From the NCBI GenBank assembly GCA_964016885.1, contig OZ024745.1:89094001-89158000 (forward strand): a DNA stretch of 64,000 nucleotides, read 5' to 3'. Below are positions 58,680 through 64,000 of this stretch, one piece after another; the stretch's first letter is position 1; each line of letters opens with the position of its first letter. A program made the translations under genes and the position numbers. Under the pieces are notes generated by a model that was not told where the DNA came from, ran no database searches, and saw only the letters and a program-made list of their open reading frames with translations. Source of the stretch: Eledone cirrhosa (Eukaryota).

Positions 58680-61600
58680 TAGATTGCCATAGATGTAGTT
58701 GCTACATAGATTGCCATAGATGTAGTTGCTACTTTGATTGTTATAGATGTAGTTGCTACATATATGGTTATAGATGTAGTTGCTACATAGATTGCTATAG
58801 ATGTAGTTGCTGCATAGATTGCTATAGATGTAGTTGCTACATAGATCGCTATAATGTAGTTGCTACATAGATTGCATAATAAGTAGTTGCTACATAGATT
58901 GCTATAGATGTAGTTGCTACATAGATTGTTATAGATGTAGTTGCTACATAGATTGCTATAGATGTATTTGCTACATAGATTGTTATAGATGTAGTTGCTA
59001 CATATATTGAAATGGACGTAGTTGCCACATAGATTGTTATAGATGTAGTTGCTACATAGATTGCCATAGATGTAGTTGCTACATAGATTGATATAAGTGT
59101 AGTTGCTATATGGATTGCTATAGATGTAGTTGCTACATAGATTGTTATAGATGTAGTTGCTACATAGATTGCTATAGATGTAGTTGCTACATAGATTGCC
59201 ATAGATGTAGTTGCTACATAGATCGTCATAGACGTAGTTGCTACATAGATTGTTATAGATGTAGTTGCTACATAGATTGCCATTTATTTAGTTGCTACAT
59301 AGATTGTTATAAATGTAGTTGCTACATAGATTGCCATAGATGTATTTGCTACATAGATTGCCATAGATGTAGTTGCTACATTGATTGTTATAGATGTAGT
59401 TGCTACATAGATTCTTATAGATGTAGTTGCTACACAGATCGCCATAGATGTAGTTGCTACAAAGATTGCTATAGATGTAGTAGCTACATAGATTGCTATA
59501 GATGTAGTTGCTACATATATTGCTATAGATGTAGTTGCTACATAGATTGTTATAGATGTAGTTGCTACATAGATTGCTATAGATGTATTTGCTACATAGA
59601 TTTTTATAGATGTATTTTCTACATAGATTGTTATAGATGTAGTTGCTACATAGATTGCTATAGATCTATTTGCTACATAGATTGTTATAGATGTAGTTGG
59701 TACAGAGATTGTTATAGATGTAGTTGCTACATAGATTGTTATAGATGTAGTTGCTACATAGATTGTTAAAATGTAGTTGCTAGATAGATTGCTATAGTTG
59801 TAGTTGCTACATAGATTGTTATAAATGTAGTTGCTACATAGATTGCCATTTATGTAGTTGCTACATAGATTGTTATAGATGTAGTTGCTACATAGATTGC
59901 CATAGATGTAGTTGCTACATAGATTGCCATAGATGTAGTTGCTACATTGATTGTTATAGATGTAGTTGTTACATATATTGTTCTAGATGTAGTTGCTACA
60001 TAGATTGTTATAGATGTAGTTGCTACATAGATTGCTATAGATGTTGTTGCTGCATAGATTGCTATAGATGTAGTTGCTACATAGATTGCTATATAAGTAG
60101 TTGCTACATATATTGCTATAGATGTAGTTGCTACATAAATTGTTATAGATGTAGTTGCTACATAGATTGCTATAGATGTATTTGCTACATAGATTGTTAT
60201 GGATGTAGTTGCGACATAGATTGTTATAGATGTAGTTGCTATATAGATTGCTATAGATCTATTTGCTACATAGATTGTTATAGATGTAGTTGGTACAGAG
60301 ATTGTTATAGATGTAGTTGCTACATAGATTGTTATAGATGTAGTTGCTACATAGATTGTTATAGATGTAGTTGCTAGATAGATTGCTATATAAGTAGTTG
60401 CTACGTATATTGTTATAGATGTAGTTGCTACATAGATTGCCATAGATGGAGTTGCTACATAGATTGCCATAGATGTAGTTGCTACATAGATTGCCATAGA
60501 TGTAGTTGCTACATAGATTGCCATAGATGTAGTTGCTACATAGATTGCCATAGATGTAGTTGCTACTTTGATTGTTATAGATGTAGTTGCTACATATATG
60601 GTTATAGATGTAGTTGCTACATAGATTGCTATAGATGTAGTTGCTGCATAGATTGCTATAGATGTAGTTGCTACATAGATCGCTATAATGTAGTTGCTAC
60701 ATAGATTGCATAATAAGTAGTTGCTACATAGATTGCTATAGATGTAGTTGCTACATAGATTGTTATAGATGTAGTTGCTACATAGATTGCTATAGATGTA
60801 TTTGCTACATAGATTGTTATAGATGTAGTTGCTACATATATTGAAATGGACGTAGTTGCCACATAGATTGTTATAGATGTAGTTGCTACATAGATTGCCA
60901 TAGATGTAGTTGCTACATAGATTGATATAAGTGTAGTTGCTATATGGATTGCTATAGATGTAGTTGCTACATAGATTGTTATAGATGTAGTTGCTACATA
61001 GATTGCTATAGATGTAGTTGCTACATAGATTGCCATAGATGTAGTTGCTACATAGATCGTCATAGACGTAGTTGCTACATAGATTGTTATAGATGTAGTT
61101 GCTACATAGATTGCCATTTATTCAGTTGCTACATAGATTGTTATAAATGTAGTTGCTACATAGATTGCCATAGATGTATTTGCTACATAGATTGCCATAG
61201 ATGTAGTTGCTACATTGATTGTTATAGATGTAGTTGCTACATAGATTCTTATAGATGTAGTTGCTACACAGATCGCCATAGATGTAGTTGCTACAAAGAT
61301 TGCTATAGATGTAGTAGCTACATAGATTGCTATAGATGTAGTTGCTACATATATTGCTATAGATGTAGTTGCTACATAGATTGCTATAGATGTATTTGCT
61401 ACATATATTGCTATAGATGTAGTTGCTACATAGATTGTTATATATGTAGTTGCTACATAGATTGTTATAAATGTAGTTGCTACATAGATTGCTATATAAG
61501 TAGTTGCTACATATATTGCCATAGATGTAGTTGCTACATAGATTGCTATAGATGTATTTGCTACATAGATTTTTATAGATGTATTTTCTACATAGATTGT

Positions 61601-62520
61601 TATAGATGTAGTTGCTACATAGATTGCTATAGATCTATTTGCTACATAGATTGTTATAGATGTAGTTGGTACAGAGATTGTTATAGATGTAGTTGCTACA
61701 TAGATTGTTATAGATGTAGTTGCTACATAGATTGTTAAAGATGTAGTTGCTAGATAGATTGCTATAGTTGTAGTTGCTACATAGATTGTTATAAATGTAG
61801 TTGCTACATAGATTGCCATTTATGTAGTTGCTACATAGATTGTTATAGATGTAGTTGCTACATAGATTGCCATAGATGTAGTTGCTACATAGACTGCCAT
61901 AGATGTAGTTGCTACATTGATTGTTATAGATGTAGTTGTTACATATATTGTTCTAGATGTAGTTGCTACATAGATTGTTATAGATGTAGTTGCTACATAG
62001 ATTGCTATAGATGTTGTTGCTGCATAGATTGCTATAGATGTAGTTGCTACATAGATTGCTATATAAGTAGTTGCTACATATATTGCTATAGATGTAGTTG
62101 CTACATAGATTGTTATAGATGTAGTTGCTACATAGATTGCTATAGATGTATTTGCTACATAGATTGTTATGGATGTAGTTGCGACATAGATTGTTATAGA
62201 TGTAGTTGCTATATAGATTGCTATAGATCTATTTGCTACATAGATTGTTATAGATGTAGTTGGTACAGAGATTGTTATAGATGTAGTTGCTACATAGATT
62301 GTTATAGATGTAGTTGCTACATAGATTGTTATAGATGTAGTTGCTAGATAGATTGCTATATAAGTAGTTGCTACGTATATTGTTATAGATGTAGTTGCTA
62401 CATAGATTGCCATAGATGGAGTTGCTACATAGATTGCCATAGATGTAGTTGCTACATAGATTGCCATAGATGTAGTTGCTACATAGATTGCCATAGATGT
62501 AGTTGCTACATAGATTGCAA
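58680..62520. repeat. Imperfect tandem duplication, period 1834 then 1970 bp (68 and 73 monomers minus indels); boundaries approximate
   Basis: Marker offsets 58849/60683, 59284/61118 and 59850/61820. Private GCTACTTTG, TATATGGTT, GCATAATAAG and GATATAAGTG are shared. Confidence 0.87.
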
Positions 62521-63330
62521 TATATGTAGTTGTTACATAGATTGCCATAGATGTAGTTGCTACATAGATTGTTATAGATGTAGTTGCTACATAGATTGCC
62601 ATAGATGTAGTTGCTACATAGATTGTTATATATGTAGTTGCTACATAGATTGCTATAGATGTAGTTGCTACATAGATTGTTATAGATGTAGTTGCTACAT
62701 AGATTGCTATAGATGGAGTTGCTACATAGATTGCCATAGATGGAGTTGCTACGTAGATTACCATAGATGTAGTTGCTTCATAGATTGCCATAGATGTAGT
62801 TGCTACATAGATTGCCATAGATGTAGTTGCTACATAGATTGTTATAGATGTAGTTGCTAAATAGATTGCTATAGATGTAGTTGCTACATACATTGTTATA
62901 GATGTAGTTGCTACATAGATTGCCATAGATGTAGTTGCTACATAGATTGTTATAGATGTAGTTGCTACATTGATTTTTATAGATGTAGTTGCTACATAGA
63001 TTGTTATAGATGTAGTTGCTACATAGATTGTTATAGATGTATTTGCTACATAGATTGCCATAGATGTACTTGCTACATAGATTGTTATATATGTAGTAGC
63101 TACATATATTGAAATGGACGTAGTTGCTACATAGATTGTTATAGATGTAGTTGCTACATAGATTGCCATAGATGTAGTTGCTACATAGATTGATATATAT
63201 GTAGTTGCTATATAGATTGCTATAGATGTAGTTGCTACATAGATTGGTATAGATGTAGTTGCTACATAGATTGCCATAGGTGTAGTTGCTACATAGATCG
63301 TCATAGACGTAGTTGCTACATAGATTGTTA
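61820..63330. repeat. Third copy of the long segment type also found at 45578-47116 and 56450-58015
   Basis: Same ordered variants (GTTCTAG, GTTGTTGCTGC, GTTATGG, paired GATGGAG, CTACGTAGATTACC, GATGTACTTG). Offset from 56450 is 5370 = 199 x 27 - 3. Confidence 0.85.
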
Positions 63331-64000
63331 TAGATGTAGTTGCTACATAGATTGCTATAGATGTAGTAGCTACATAGATTGCTATAGATGTAGTTGCTAC
63401 ATATATTGCTATAGATGTAGTTGCTACATAGATTGTTATAGATGTTGTTACTACATAGATTGCTATAGATGTATTTGCTACATAGATTGTTATAGATGTA
63501 GTTGCTACATAAATTGTTATAGATGTAGTTGCTACATAGATTACTATAGATGTATTTGCTACATATATTGCTATAGATGTAGTTGCTACATAGATTGTTA
63601 TAGATGTAGTTGCTACATAGATTGTTATAGATGTAGTTGCTACATAGATTTCTATATAAGTAGTTGCTACATATATTGCCATAGATGTAGTTGCTACATA
63701 GATTGCCATAGATGTAGTTGCTACATAGATTGCCATAGATGTAGTTGCTACATAGATTGCCATTTATGTAGTTGCTACATAGATTGTTTTAGATGTAGTT
63801 GCTACATAGATTGCCATAGATGTAGTTGCTACACAGATTGCCATAGATGTGGTTGCTACATTGATTGTTATAGATGTAGGTGCTACATATATTGTTATAG
63901 ATGTAGTTGCTACATAGATTGTTATAGATGTAGTTGCTACATAGATTGCTATGGATGTAGTTGCTGCATAGATTGCTATAGATGTAGTTGCTACATAGAT

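Larger units (their letters stand above)
1..64000. repeat. 27-bp tandem satellite array, about 2,370 head-to-tail monomers, consensus ATAGATGTAGTTGCTACATAGATTGYY (major alleles GTT, GCT, GCC); extends beyond both window edges
   Basis: GTAGTTGCTACATAGATTG recurs every 27 nt in one orientation throughout. Phase check: homologous marker sites at 193 and 61820 are 61,627 bp apart; adding the 41 deleted bases I located gives 61,668 = 2284 x 27. Confidence 0.99.

Noticed and set aside
1827-61738. Plus-strand Cys-rich ORFs (RCSCYIDCY)n as metallothionein, zinc-finger or keratin-associated proteins
   Set aside because: They fully overlap the equally open antisense frames. Starts depend on sporadic ATG-creating variants, and ends are frameshifts or point changes within the satellite.
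193-63763. Minus-strand ORFs of 9-aa repeats (MAIYVATTS/ITIYVATTS) as genes for Thr-rich beta-solenoid, antifreeze or mucin-like proteins
   Set aside because: They have no non-repeat domain, signal peptide, intergenic space, promoter or RBS-like sequence. The commonest variants are nonsynonymous, there are recurrent frameshifts, and the open frame follows trivially from a stop-free 27-nt unit.
1-64000. CRISPR array (palindromic repeat of CRISPR-like length; CTAC..GTAG superficially recalls the Cas12a repeat stem)
   Set aside because: There are no unique spacers: monomers abut directly with only a few variable bases. No leader or cas gene is present in the window.
1-64000. Long-unit telomeric repeat (yeast-type), given the G/T excess on the + strand
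   Set aside because: Telomerase-made arrays are near-homogeneous and usually far shorter. Ordered variants copied in kb blocks indicate recombinational amplification, and there are no G-runs in the consensus. A subtelomeric location cannot be excluded.
1-64000. Fungal repeat-induced point mutation (CpA>TpA), suggested by GCCA/GCTA, CTACAT/CTATAT and GATGTAG/GATATAG
   Set aside because: Most CpA/TpG sites remain intact in the great majority of monomers, transversion variants are common, and kb-scale duplicates are near-identical, unlike RIP-affected repeats.
1-64000. Synthetic construct or pure sequencing/assembly artefact
   Set aside because: Hierarchically shared variants, copy-specific mutations and self-consistent phase arithmetic fit natural satellite evolution. 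Individual near-identical blocks still need read-level confirmation.

Overview
The whole 64-kb window is one uninterrupted head-to-tail tandem array (satellite/minisatellite DNA) of a 27-bp monomer, consensus ATAGATGTAGTTGCTACATAGATTG(TT/CT/CC), about 2,370 copies, 30-37% GC depending on allele. I found no unique sequence, inversion, RNA gene, mobile element, CRISPR array or credible protein-coding gene. Every ORF in the track is a translation of the 27-mer, because three of six frames are stop-free in the consensus. The structure worth studying is internal. Each monomer carries an ATGTAG-TTG-CTACAT inverted repeat. Diagnostic variant monomers recur in fixed order as reusable cassettes delimited by a 'CCATTTATGTAG' monomer. 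Nested higher-order duplications have periods of 6, 20, 45, 49, 56, 59-60, 68-73, 85, 90, 154, 159, 180, 199, 212, 397 and 591 monomers. All sub-monomer indels I found are deletions (41 bp in total, which exactly closes the 27-bp phase). The marker-variant set changes at about 39.7 kb. The source organism cannot be determined from this window; a eukaryotic satellite is the most likely interpretation (inference).
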